Translations under genes and position numbers: made by a program
Assembly: GCA_030390025.1 (NCBI GenBank)
Contig: JASTWF010000321.1
Coordinates: 496,001-555,661, forward strand
Direction: 5' to 3'
DNA: 59,661 bases
DNA from: Squalus acanthias
Lineage: Eukaryota
Notes under the pieces: model-generated
Databases searched by the model: none
What the model was told of the DNA's origin: nothing
The model's input: the letters and a program-made list of their open reading frames with translations, nothing else
Part shown: positions 23,119 to 35,767 of the stretch, one piece after another
How positions within the stretch are numbered: position 1 is the stretch's first letter
Layout: every line of letters begins with the position of its first letter

Positions 23119-26100
23119 ATTCTCTTTGCCAGAAAAGTAATGAGGTACAGCAACTAAAGTAGCAACAAAGTTAGGATGAACTAGGCAAAACTACCTCACA
23201 AAGCGTTGAGTCAATGTAGAAGTCTCTCTCTCTCTCTCTCCGAATCTCTCTCTCTCTCTCAGAACGAGTGGTGCATAAATGTCGACCACAGAAAAAGACA
23301 GGAAGAGGCCCCCTTTAAATAGCGCCCCCCCCAGCCCCACACCGATTGATAACGTTCCAGTCTTCCGGTCGTTGGAAGCGCCAGGCGGTAAGGCAGGGGG
23401 CGCAACTCAATTTCCGCTCCGTGGCGCCCCAAGGGCGTTGCACCATGGAATGACGTCACAATCTGCGCGCGCAGGTGGTCGCAGCGGTAAGTTTTAGCGC
23501 CGCCGCACAATCTCAAGTTAAGTTCTCGAGCGGCGCAAACAGCGCTGCGCCCGGGCGTTAGCGGCTTAACGCCCCATTAGCGCCCTCTTAAGGCGCTAAC
23601 GGGAGGCGCAACCAAGTGAATTTTTACCCCTTTGTCTTTTTCGCGCCAAAACCCCTTTCCTAAATCGGTTTCGTGTTGAAGTGATTTAGGTTTCAGTTGA
23701 GGCCTGTTCATTCCATTGTCTTAGTTTTGCGGGCTTGTTAAGTTTTGATGGTTTTAACTTGGTGTTAAATTGTCCTGATGGCTTCCGATGTCTCCCATTT
23801 AGGCAGGGCCTGTATCTACATGCCAAATCTTGTCCCTATAGATACCTGGCTGATTGGATTTTGATGAAGTAATGGCTGTACTAGATGTTTTATTGTTTAC
23901 AGGCTTCTGGCATCCTGTTTGTGCCTGGGGATATTCAAAAGGTGTCTTGAATTATTCAATTTTGGATGTGTTGTGAGGTTTTGGGTGAGGTTCTTCCTCC
24001 TGCCTGGATTGCAGTGCAAACAAATTCCAGACAGCTTGACACCAAAAGTTGTCCACTGCCTCGCCATACCCCTTCGCAAAGGTGTTTTTTTTTCCATAGT
24101 CATTTTCAAAAGTCATTTTTCCTCAGGTTTTTTTCTCCCCTGATCTTTTTAATGTCCAAAACTGAGGTTTTTACCTCAAATCACTTCACTTATGTCCCAT
24201 CATCCCAAGTTCGTAGGAACAGTACAAAAATGACCCCTTTTAGGGTTCGATACGAGTTTCTGGGGAATTTTGCGAAGCTTACAGGGAACTAGATGTAAAT
24301 ATGTCCAAGTTTGCAGACGACACAAAGTTGGGTGGGTGTGTGTGTTGTGAGGAGGATGCAGAGAAACTCCAGTATGATTTGGACAAGTTGGGTGATTGGG
24401 CAGGTGCATGGCAGATGCAGTATAATGTGGATAAATACGAGGTTATCCACTTTGGTGGCAAAAACAGGAAGGCAGATTATTATCTGAACGGCAATAGATT
24501 GGGAAAAGGGGAAGTTCAACGAGACCTGGGGGTCCTTGTGCACCAGTCGTTGAAGGTAAGCATGCAGGTGCAGCAGGCGGTTAAGAAGGCAAATGGTATG
24601 TTGGCCTTCATAGCGAGAGGATTCGAGTACAGTAGCAAGGATGTCTTGCTGCAGTTGTACAAGGCCTTGGTGAGACCACACCTTGAGTATTGTGTGCAGT
24701 TTTGGTCACCTTATCTGAGGAAGGATGTTCTTGCCATGGAGGGAGTGCAGCGAAGATTCACCAGACTGATACCTGGGATGGCAGGAATGACGTATGAAGA
24801 GAGATTGGGACGATTGGGCTTGTCTTCGCTAGAGTTTAGAAGAATGAGAGGGGATCTCATTGAAACTTATAAAATTCTAACAGGACTAGACAGACTAGAT
24901 GCAGGAAGGATGTTCCCGATGGCGGGGGAGTCCAGAACCAGGGGTCACAGTCTAAGGATAAGGGGTAAGCCATTTAGGACAGAGATGAGGAGGAATTTCT
25001 TCACCCAGAGAGTGGTGAACCTGTGGAATTCTCTACCACAGAAGGCAGTTGAGGCCAATTCATTAAATATATTCAAGAAGGAGATCGATATATTTCTTAA
25101 GGCTAAAGAGATCAAGGGATATGGGGAGAAAGCAGGGACAGGGTACTGAATTTGGATGATCAGCCATGATCTCATTAAATGGCGGAGCAGGCTCGAGGGC
25201 CGAATGGCCTACTCCTGCTCCTATCTTCTATGTTTCTATGACAGTCACTCTCACCTCACCTCTGGAATTCAGCTCTTTTGTCCATGTTTGGACCAAGGCT
25301 GTAATGCGGTCAGGAGCCAAGTGGTCCTGACGGAAACCAAACTGGTCATCGGTGAGCTGGTTATTTGTGCTTTGTTAGTGCCGCTTGATAGCATTGTCGA
25401 TGACAGCTTCCATCACTTTGCTGATGATGGAGAGATGGCTGAAGGGATGGTAACGGGCTGTTGGATTAGTCCAGCTTTTTGTGGACTGTACATACCTGGC
25501 CAATTTACCACTTTGTCGGGGAGATGCCAGTACAGGAACAGCTTGGATAGTGGTGCAGCTAGTTCTGGACACAGGTCTTCAGCACTACAGCCGCGATGTT
25601 GTCAGAACCCATAGCCTTTGCCGTATCCAGAGCGCTCTACCGTTCTTGATATCACGTGGAGTGAAGTGAATTAGCTGAAGACAGGCATCTGTGATGCTGG
25701 GACCTCAGGAGCAGGCCGAGATGCATCATCCACTTGGCACTTGTGACTGAAGATGGTTGCGAAGGCTTCAGCCTTGTCTTTTTCACTCACGTGCTGTGCT
25801 CCGCCATCATTGAGGATGTGGATGTTTAAGGAGCCTCCTCCTCCCGTTACTTGTATAATTGTCCATCACCATTCCCGACTGGATGTGACAGGACTGCAGA
25901 GCTTTGATCTGATCCATTGGGTGTGGGATCGCTTAGCTCTGTCGATAGCACGCTGCCTCCGCTGTTTAATATGCATATAGTCCTGTGTTGTAGCTTCACC
26001 AAGAAGGTTTCTGATTTTCAGATACACCTGGTGCAGCTCCTGGAATGCTCTTCAACACTCCTTATTGAACCAGGGCTGGTTTGATGGTAATGGTAGAATG

Positions 26101-26926
26101 AGGGATATGCCGGGCCATGAGTTTACAGATTGTGGTGGAATACAATTCTGTTGCTGCTGATGGCCCACAGCGCCTCATGGATGCCCAGTTTTGAGCTGCT
26201 AGATGTGTTCTTAATCTATCCCATTTAGCACGGTGGTAGGGCCACACAACATGATGAAGGGGTGTCCTCAGTGACTCGGTAGTACCATGATTGACCGAGC
26301 TGGCTGAATCCTGAAGGACATAGCAGCCAGACTGGTTCACGGCAGGTGGTGAGAGAACAAACACGAGCCACTACCGAGCCACACTTGGTGATGGACATTG
26401 AAGTCCCCCACCCAGAGTACATTCTGTGCACCAGCAGCCACAGTGCGCCGGATGAGGAAGGAATAAATGTTTAAGATGGTGGATGGGGAGCTGATTAAGC
26501 AGCCTGCTTTCCCCTGGATTGTGTCGAGGTTTGTGAGTGTTGTTGGAGCTGCAACCGTCCAGGCAAGTGGAGAAAATTCCATCACACTCCTGACTTGTGC
26601 CTTGTAGGGGGTGGAAAGGCTTTGGGGAGTCAGGAGGTGGTGAGTCACTTGCACAGAATACCCAGCGTCTGACTAGCTCTTGTAGCCACAGTATTTATTT
26701 GGCTGATCTTGTTAAGTTTTTGGTCAATGGTGACCCCCAGGATGTTGATGGTGGGGAATTCAATGATGGTAATACCATTGACTGTCATGGGGAGCTGGTT
26801 AGACTCTCTCTTGTTGGAGATGGTCATCGTCTGTCACTTGTGTGGCACAAATGTTACTTGCCACTTATCATCCCCAACCTGCATGTTGTCCAGGTCTTGC
26901 TGCCCGTGGACACAGACAGCCTCATT

Positions 26927-27688
26927 GGGACAAAAATTCGTCACTTGCCGGGTGAGTACGCGTTGTGTACGCACCCGTAAGCTCCTGAAGTGCCGGTTTC
27001 CTGCATGCACTGCACATGCGCGGGAAACCGGAACTTCCGGTCTCGTGAAGGGAGGGGTTCAGAGGTGAACCGCGTGCACGGGAGAGGCTGCGCGCACGCA
27101 GCGAACTTAGGTTTTTTTTCAGGTTTCTCCGGGAAGGTAAGTATGGAAGAAGCTGCGCTTTTAAAAAGGAGGCGCAGGACCTGTTTTTAACAAGGTAAGT
27201 GGTCAATTAATTACAATTAAAAAAAATTTCAACAGGTTTATCCTTTTTAGATACTTTAAAGAAAGGTAAGTTTATTTTTAGCACTCTTAAAAAGTATTTT
27301 AATTTTTTCAAAAATTTTAATTTTTGTTTAAAGTAGTTAATTTATTCAACTTATAATTATTTTAAAAATGTGATGGTTTTTTTTCAATTTATTTGAAGTT
27401 TAGGTGTTGTTTTGGGGCCGATTTCAATTAATAGATTTGAGAGGTCTTCCTGTCAAATCTATGAATGAAAGATGGTCTGCTGCCATTGGCTCTCCATGGC
27501 CCACGTGATCCCAAGGGACGCATCGCACTAACTACGCCCCTGAGATACACAAGCACTGCGCGCCGGCAGCTGCAGGAGGCCCAGGAGCTGAAGTCCCCGC
27601 GGGCCCAGAGGTCAACGGCAGGCGCGGTAGGTAGGTGCGCGCGCGGTCATTGCACCCGCGGGAAGCCAGGGAGCCTAATTTCTGGGCC
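26927..27688. mobile_element. Harbinger/Tourist-type MITE, array copy 1
   Basis: Termini GGGACAAAAATT / GGCCCAGAAATT (revcomp). Flanks ATT and AAT. The empty site GCCTCATTATCTGA is present in other units (~15797, ~35878, ~37683). Confidence 0.8.
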
Positions 27689-29582
27689 AATATCTGACGA
27701 ATTGCGAATGTAACTGTGTAACTGCTGCAGCGATGACCTGGAGCTGAGATGATTGGCCTACAATAACCACAGGCATCTTCCTTTGTGCTAGATATGACAC
27801 CATCCAGTGGAGAGTTTTCACCCGATCACCATTGACTTCAGTTTTACTGGGGCTCCTTGGTGCCACACTCGGTCAAATGCTGCCTTGATGTCAAGGACAG
27901 TCACTCTCACTTCACCTCTGGAATTCAGCTCTTTTGTCCATGTTTGGCCCAATGCTGTAATGAGGTCAGGAGTCAAGTGGCCCTGGCGGAAAGCAAACTG
28001 GGCATCGGGGAGCAGGTTATTTGTGCTTTGTTAGTGCCTCGTGATAGCATTGTCGATGGCAGCTTCCATCACTTTGCTGATAATGGAGAGATGGCTGATG
28101 GGGTGGTAACTGGCTGTTGGATTAGTCCCGCTTTTTGCGGACTGGCCATACCTGACCAATTTACCATTTTGTCGGGTAGATGCCAGTACAGGAACAGTTT
28201 GGCTAGAGGTGCAGCTAGTTCTGGAGCACAGGTCTTCAGCACTGCAGCCGGGATGTTGTCGGGGCCCATAGCCTTTGCTGTATCCAGTGCGCTCTACCGT
28301 TCTTGATATCACGCGGAGTGAAGTGAATTGGCTGGAAACTGGCTTCTGTGCTGGTTGGACCTCAGGAGGAGGCCGAGATGCATCATCCACTTGGCACTTG
28401 TGACTGAAGATGGTTGCGAAGGCTTCAGCCTTGTCTTTTGCAGCCACGTGCTGTGCTCCGCCAGCCTTCAGGATAGGAATGTTCAAGGAGCCTCCTCCTC
28501 CCGTCAGTTGTTAATTGTCCATCACCATTTCCGACTGGGTGTGACAGGACTGCAGAGCTTTGATCTGATTCATTGGGTGTGGGATCGCTTAGCTCTGTCT
28601 ATAACATGCTGCCTTCGCTGTTTAACATGCATATAGTCCTGTGTTGCAGCTTCACCAAGTTGGTTTCTGATTTTCAGGTACACCTGGTGCAGCTCCTGGC
28701 ATGCTCTTCAACACTCCTTATTGAACCAGGTGTGGTTTGATGGTAATGGTAGAATGAGGGATATGCCGGGCCATGAGTTTACAGATTATGGTGGAATACA
28801 ATTCTGTTGCTGCTGATGTCCCACAGCACCTCATTGATGCCCAGTTTTGAGCTGCTAGATGTGTTCTTAATCTATCCCATTTAGCACGGTGGTAGGGCCA
28901 CACAACATGATGAAGGGGTGTCCTCAGTGACTCGGTAGTACCATGATTGACCGAGCTGGCTGAGTCCTGAAGGACATAGCAGCCAGACTGGTTCACGGCA
29001 GGTGGTGAGAGAACAAACACGAGCCACTACCGAGCCACACTTGGTGATGGACATTGAAGTCCCCCACCCAGAGTACATTCTGTGCACCAGCAGCCACAGT
29101 GCGCCGGATGAGGAAGGGATAAATGTTTAAGATGGTGGATGGGGAGCTGATTAAGCGGCCTGCTTTCCCCTGGATTGTGTCGAGGTTTGTGAGTGTTGTT
29201 GGAGCTGCAACCGTCCAGGCAAGTGGAGAAAATTCCATCACACTCCTGACTTGTGCCTTGTAGGGGGTGGAAAGGCTTTGGGGAGTCAGGAGGTGGTGAG
29301 TCACTTGCACAGAATACCCAGCGTCTGACTAGCTCTTGTATCCACAGTATTTATTTGGCTGATCTAGTTAAGTTTTTGGTCAATGGTGACCCCCAGGATG
29401 TTGATGGTGGGGAATTCAATGATGGTAATGCCATTGACTGTCATGGGGAGCTGGTTAGACTCTCTCTTGTTGGAGATGGTCATTGTCTGTCACTTGTGTG
29501 GCACAAATGTTACTTGCCACTTATCATCCCCTACCTGAATGTTGTCCAGGTCTTGCTGCCCGTGGACACAGACAGCCTCATT

Positions 29583-30346
29583 GGGCCAAAAATTCGTCAC
29601 TTGCCGGGTGAGTACGCGCTGTGTACGCACCCGTAAGGCCTCCTGAAGTGCCGGTTTCCTGCATGCACTGCACATGCGCGGGAAACCGGAACTTCCGGTC
29701 TCGTGAAGGGAGGGGTTCAGAGGTGAACCGCGTGCACGGGAGAGGCTGCGCGCACGCAGCGAACTTAGGGTTTTTTTCAGGTTTCTCCGGGAAGGTAAGT
29801 ATGGAAGAAGCTGCGCTTTTAAAAAGGAGGCGCAGGACCTGTTTTTAACAAGGTAAGTGGTCAATTAATTACAATTAAAAAAAATTTCAACAGGTTTATC
29901 TTTTTTAGATACTTTAAAGAAAGGTAAGTTTATTTTTAGCTCTGTTAAAAAGTATTTTAATTTTTTCAAAAATTTTAATTTTTGTTTAAAGTAGTTAATT
30001 TATTCAACTTATAATTATTTTAAAAATGTGATGGTTTTTTTTCAATTTATTTGAAGTTTAGGTGTTGTTTTGGGGCCGATTTCAATTAATAGATTTGAGA
30101 GGTCTTCCTGTCAAATCTATGAATGAAAGATGGTCTGCTGCCATTGGCTCTCCATGGCCCACGTGATCCCAAGGGACGCATCGCACTAACTACGCCCCTG
30201 AGATACACAAGCACTGCGCGCCGGCAGCTGCAGGAGGCCCAGGAGCTGAAGTCCCCGTGGGCTCAGAGGTCAACGGCAGGCGCGGTAGGTAGGTGCGCGC
30301 GTGGTCATTGCACCCGCGGGAAGCCAGGGAGCCTAATTTCTGGGCC
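29583..30346. mobile_element. Harbinger/Tourist-type MITE, array copy 2
   Basis: Termini GGGCCAAAAATT / GGCCCAGAAATT; same insertion site as copy 1. Confidence 0.8.
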
Positions 30347-32240
30347 AATATCTGACTAATTGCGAATGTAACTGTGTAACTGCTGCAGCGATGACCTGGA
30401 GCTGAGATGATTGGCCTACAATAACCACAGGCATCTTCCTTTGTGCTAGATATGACACCATCCAGTGGAGAGTTTTCACCCGATCACCATTGACTTCAGT
30501 TTTACTCGGGCTCCTTGGTGCCACACTCGGTCAAATGCTGCCTTGATGTCAAGGACAGTCACTCTCACTTCACCTCTGGAATTCAGCTCTTTTGTCCATG
30601 TTTGGCCCAATGCTGTAATGAGGTCAGGAGTCAAGTGGCCCTGGCGGAAAGCAAACTGGGCATCGGGGAGCAGGTTATTTGTGCTTTGTTAGTGCCTCGT
30701 GATAGCATTGTCGATGGCAGCTTCCATCACTTTGCTGATAATGGAGAGATGGCTGATGGGGTGGTAACTGGCTGTTGGATTAGTCCCGCTTTTTGCGGAC
30801 TGGCCATACCTGACCAATTTACCATTTTGTCGGGTAGATGCCAGTACAGGAACAGTTTGGCTAGAGGTGCAGCTAGTTCTGGAGCACAGGTCTTCAGCAC
30901 TGCAGCCGGGATGTTGTCGGGGCCCATAGCCTTTGCTGTATCCAGTGCGCTCTACCGTTCTTGATATCACGTGGAGTGAAGTGAATTGGCTGGAAACTGA
31001 CTTCTGTGCTGGTTGGACCTCAGGAGCAGGCCGAGATGCATCATCCACTTGGCACTTGTGACTGAAGATGGTTGTGAAGGCTTCAGCCTTGTCTTTTGCA
31101 GCCACGTGCTGTGCTCCGCCAGCCTTCAGGATAGGAATGTTCAAGGAGCCTCCTCCTCCCGTCAGTTGTTAATTGTCCATCACCATTTCCGACTGGATGT
31201 GGCAGGACTGCAGAGCTTTGATCTGATTCATTGGGTGTGGGATCGCTTAGCTCTGTCTATAACATGCTGCCTTCGCTGTTTAACATGCATATAGTCCTGT
31301 GTTGCAGCTTCACCAAGTTGGTTTCTGATTTTCAGGTACACCTGGTGCAGCTCCTGGCATGCTCTTCAACACTCCTTATTGAACCAGGTGTGGTTTGATG
31401 GTAATGGTAGAATGAGGGATATGCCAGGCCATGAGGTTACAGATTATGGTGGAATACAATTCTGTTGCTGCTGATGGCCCACAGCGCCTCATGGATGCCC
31501 AGTTTTGAGCTGCTAGATGTGTTCTTAATCTATCCCATTTAGCACGGTGGTAGGGCCACACAACATGATGAAGTGGTGTCCTCAGTGACTCGGTAGTACC
31601 ATGATTGACCGAGCTGGCTGAGTCCTGAAGGACATAGCAGCCAGACTGGTTCACGGCAGGTGGTGAGAGAACAAACACGAGCCACTACCGAGCCACACTT
31701 GGTGATGGACATTGAAGTCCCCCACCCAGAGTACATTCTGTGCACCAGCAGCCACAGTGCGCCGGATGAGGAAGGGATAAATGTTTAAGATGGTGGATGG
31801 GGAGCTGATTAAGCGGCCTGCTTTCCCCTGGATTGTGTCGAGGTTTGTGAGTGTTGTTGGAGCTGCAACCGTCCAGGCAAGTGGAGAAAATTCCATCACA
31901 CTCCTGACTTGTGCCTTGTAGGGGGTGGAAAGGCTTTGGGGAGTCAGGAGGTGGTGAGTCACTTGCACAGAATACCCAGCGTCTGACTAGCTCTTGTATC
32001 CACAGTATTTATTTGGCTGATCTAGTTAAGTTTTTGGTCAATGGTGACCCCCAGGATGTTGATGGTGGGGAATTCAATGATGGTAATACCATTGAATGTC
32101 ATGGGGAGCTGGTTAGACTCTCTCTTGTTGGAGATGGTCATTGTCTGTCACTTGTGTGGCACAAATGTTACTTGCCACTTATCATCCCCAACCTGCATGT
32201 TGTCCAGGTCTTGCTGCCCGTGGACACAGACAGCCTCATT

Positions 32241-33004
32241 GGGCCAAAAATTCGTCACTTGCCGGGTGAGTACGCGCTGTGTACGCACCCGTAAGGCCTC
32301 CTGAAGTGCCGGTTTCCTGCATGCACTGCACATGCGCGGGAAACCGGAACTTCCGGTCTCGTGAAGGGATGGGTTCAGAGGTGAACCGCATGCACGGGAG
32401 AGGCTGCGCGCACGCAGCGAACTTAGGTTTTTTTTCAGGTTTCTCCGGGAAGGTAAGTATGGAAGAAGCTGCGCTTTTAAAAAGGAGGCGCAGGACCTGT
32501 TTTTAACAAGGTAAGTGGTCAATTAATTACAATTAAAAAAAATTTCAACAGGTTTATCTTTTTTAGATACTTTAAAGAAAGGTAAGTTTATTTTTAGCTC
32601 TGTTAAAAAGTATTTTAATTTTTTCAAAAATTTAAATTTTTGTTTAAAGTAGTTAATTTATTCAACTTATAATTATTTTAAAAATGTGATGGTTTTTTTT
32701 CAATTTATTTGAAGTTTAGGTGTTGTTTTGGGGCCGATTTCAATTCATCGATTTGAGAGGTCTTCCTGTCAAATCTATGAATGAAAGATGGTCTGCTGCC
32801 ATTGGCTCTCCATGGCCCACGTGATCCCAAGGGACGCATCGCACTAACTACGCCCCTGAGATACACAAGCACTGCGCGCCAGCAGCTGCAGGAGGCCCAG
32901 GAGCTGAAGTCCCCGTGGGCCCAGAGGTCAACGGCAGGCGCGGTAGGTAGGTGCGCGCGTGGTCATTGCACCCGTGGGAAGCCAGGGAGCCTAATTTCTG
33001 GGCC
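32241..33004. mobile_element. Harbinger/Tourist-type MITE, array copy 3
   Basis: As above, 2658 bp downstream of copy 2. Confidence 0.8.
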
Positions 33005-34793
33005 AATATCTGACTAATTGCGAATGTAACTGTGTAACTGCTGCAGCGATGACCTGGAGCTGAGATGATTGGCCTACAATAACCACAGGCATCTTCCTTT
33101 GTGCTAGATATGACACCATCCAGTGGAGAGTTTTCACCCGATCACCATTGACTTCAGTTTTACTCGGGCTCCTTGGTGCCACACTCGGTCAAATGCTGCC
33201 TTGATGTCAAGGACAGTCACTCTCACTTCACCTCTGGAATTCAGCTCTTTTGTCCATGTTTGGCCCAATGCTGTAATGAGGTCAGGAGTCAAGTGGCCCT
33301 GGCGGAAAGCAAACTGGGCATCGGGGAGCAGGTTATTTGTGCTTTGTTAGTGCCTCGTGATAGCATTGTCGATGGCAGCTTCCATCACTTTGCTGATAAT
33401 GGAGAGATGGCTGATGGGGTGGTAACTGGCTGTTGGATTAGTCCCGCTTTTTGCGGACTGGCCATACCTGACCAATTTACCATTTTGTCGGGTAGATGCC
33501 AGTACTGGAACAGTTTGACTAGAGGTGCAGCTAGTTCTGGAGCACAGGTCTTCAGCACTGCAGCCGGGATGTTGTCGGGGCCCATAGCCTTTGCTGTATC
33601 CAGTGCGCTCTACCGTTCTTGATATCACGCGGAGTGAAGTGAATTGGCTGGAAACTGGCTTCTGTGCTGGTTGGACCTCAGGAGGAGGCCGAGATGCATC
33701 ATCCACTTGGCACTTGTGACTGAAGATGGTTGCGAAGGCTTCAGCCTTGTCTTTTGCACTCACGTGCTGTGCTCCGCCAGCCTTCAGGATAGGAATGTTC
33801 AAGGAGCCTCCTCCTCCCGTCAGTTGTTAATTGTCCATCACCATTCCCGACTGGATGTGGCAGGACTGCAGAGCTTTGATCTGATTCATTGGGTGTGGGA
33901 TCGCTTAGCTCTGTCTATAACATGCTGCCTTCGCTGTTTAACATGCATATAGTCCTGTGTTGCAGCTTCACCAAGTTGGTTTCTGATTTTCAGGTACACC
34001 TGGTGCAGCTCCTGGCATGCTCTTCAACACTCCTTATTGAACCAGGTGTGGTTTGATGGTAATGGTAGAATGAGGGATATGCCGGGCCATGAGGTTACAG
34101 ATTATGGTGGAATACAATTCTGTTGCTGCTGATGGTCCACAGCACCTCATTGATGCCCAGTTTTGAGCTGCTAGATGTGTTCTTAATCTATCCCATTTAG
34201 CACGGTGGTAGTGTACAGAACATGATGAAGGGGTGTCCTCAGTGACTCGGTAGTACCATAATTAACCAATCTGGCTGAGTCCTGAAGGACATAGCAGCCA
34301 GACTGGTTCACGGCAGGTGGTGAGAGAACAAACACGAGCCACTACCGAGCCACACTTGGTGATGGACATTGAAGTCCCCCACCCAAAGTACATTCTGTGC
34401 ACCAGCAGCCACAGTGCGCCTGGTGAGGAGGGAGTAAATGTCTAAGATGGTGGATGGGGAGCTGATTAAGCGGCCTGCTTTCCCTTGGATTGTCTCGAGC
34501 TTCGTGTGTGTTGTTGGAGCTGTCACCTTCCAGGCAAGTGGAGAATATTCCATCGAACTCCTGACTTGTGCCTTGTAGAGGGTGGAAAGGCTTTGGGGAG
34601 TCAGGAGGTGCTGAGGCACTTGCGCAGAATACCCAGCGTCTGACTAGCTCTTGTAGCCACAGTATATATTGGGCCGATCTAGTTAATGTTCTGGTCAATG
34701 GTGACCCCCAGGATGTTGATGGTGGGGAATTCAACAATGGTAATGTCATTGAATGCCATGGGGAGGTGGTTAGACTCTCTCTTGTTAGAGATG

Positions 34794-35767
34794 AAAATGA
34801 GAAGTCGCACAACACCAGGTTATAGTCCAACAGATTTATTTAATTTTACAAGCTTTCGGAACAGTTCGCTCCTTCGTCAGGTAAGTTAGCAGTGAGAGAA
34901 TCTCCCAGAATTCACAATTTAAACACAGACAAAATATATTCAAATCTTTCCTACATCAAAGAGCACAGCCAAGACAATGAGATGTGTCCCAGGGGGTCCA
35001 ACGTGTCAAACCACCTGCTGGCTGCATATCCTGTCAATCTGTGTAGGTTCTTGTGTTAGTCTTTTTAAAAAAAAACACCTGGGAAGACCGGCCATGATGT
35101 CAAGTCACGTTCTGTATCGTGACATGAACCCGATATCGCGATTGAGGCCATCCTCATGAGTGCGGAACTTGGCTATCAGTTTCTGCTCTATGATTTTGCG
35201 CTGTCGTGTATCTCGAAGGCCGCCTTGGAGAACGCTTACCCGCATATCCGAGGCTGAATGCCCCTGGCTGCTGAAGTGTTCCCCGACTGGGAGGCAACCC
35301 TCCTGCCTGTCGATTGTTGCGCGGTGTCCGTTCATACGTTGTCTCAGTGTCTGCATGGTCTCGCCGATGTACCATGCTCTGGAGCATCCTTTACTGCAAC
35401 GTATCAGGTAGACAACGTTGGCCGAGTCACATGAGTATGTACCGTGTACCTGGTGGGTTGTGTCCTCACGTGTGATGATGGTATCTGTGTCCATGATTTG
35501 GCATGTCTTGCAGAGGTTGCCGTGGCAGGGTTGTGTGGTGTCTTGGTTGCTGTTCTCCTGAAAGATGGGTAATCTGCTGCGAACGATGGTACTTTTGAGG
35601 TTAGGCGGCTGCTTGAAGGCGAGTAGTGGAGGCGTGGGGATGGCCTTAGCAAGGTGTTCGTCGTCATCGATGACATGTTGAAGGCTGCGAAGAACATGGC
35701 GTAGTTTTTCCGCTCCGGGGAAGTACTGGACGACGTAGGGTACTCTGTTGGTTGTGTCCCGTGTTCG
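34794..35767 (-). mobile_element. Penelope-like element, 5'-truncated, with GIY-YIG endonuclease region
   Basis: ORF 35105-35494: NVVYLIRC...WYIGET...LRQRMNGH...PVGEHF...GLNRD. TCTTGTTAGAGATG is duplicated at 34780-34793 and 35768-35781. Confidence 0.92.

Larger units (their letters stand above)
19376..23630. mobile_element. Full-length PIF/Harbinger DNA transposon, copy 2 (4255 bp), both genes intact
   Basis: TIRs GGGGTAGAAATT / GGGGTAAAAATT. TSD TTT at 19373-19375 and 23631-23633. The length difference from copy 1 is fully explained by +54, -87, +1 and -1 bp indels. Confidence 0.95.
18559..24283 (-). mobile_element. Probable solo LTR (~1.47 kb: 18559-19375 plus 23634-24283), interrupted by Harbinger copy 2
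   Basis: Non-coding insert splitting the CR1 RT. Termini TGTA...TACA. Minus-strand AATAAA at ~18711-18716 and TATAAT at ~19355-19360. The flanking duplication is only GGG (or AGGG overlapping the terminal A), shorter than a typical LTR TSD. Confidence 0.55.
17273..25240 (+). mobile_element. CR1 LINE (RT region to 3' tail), split at 18558/24284
   Basis: ORF 17462-18343 ([27 protein letters not shown]), then [21 protein letters not shown], continuing after 24283 into SKFADDTK (ORF 24301-25149) and the tail. Confidence 0.92.

Noticed and set aside
2499..23630. Segmental duplication or assembly duplicate explaining the two Harbingers
   Set aside because: Homology ends exactly at the TIRs, the TSDs differ, and the copies have many substitutions.
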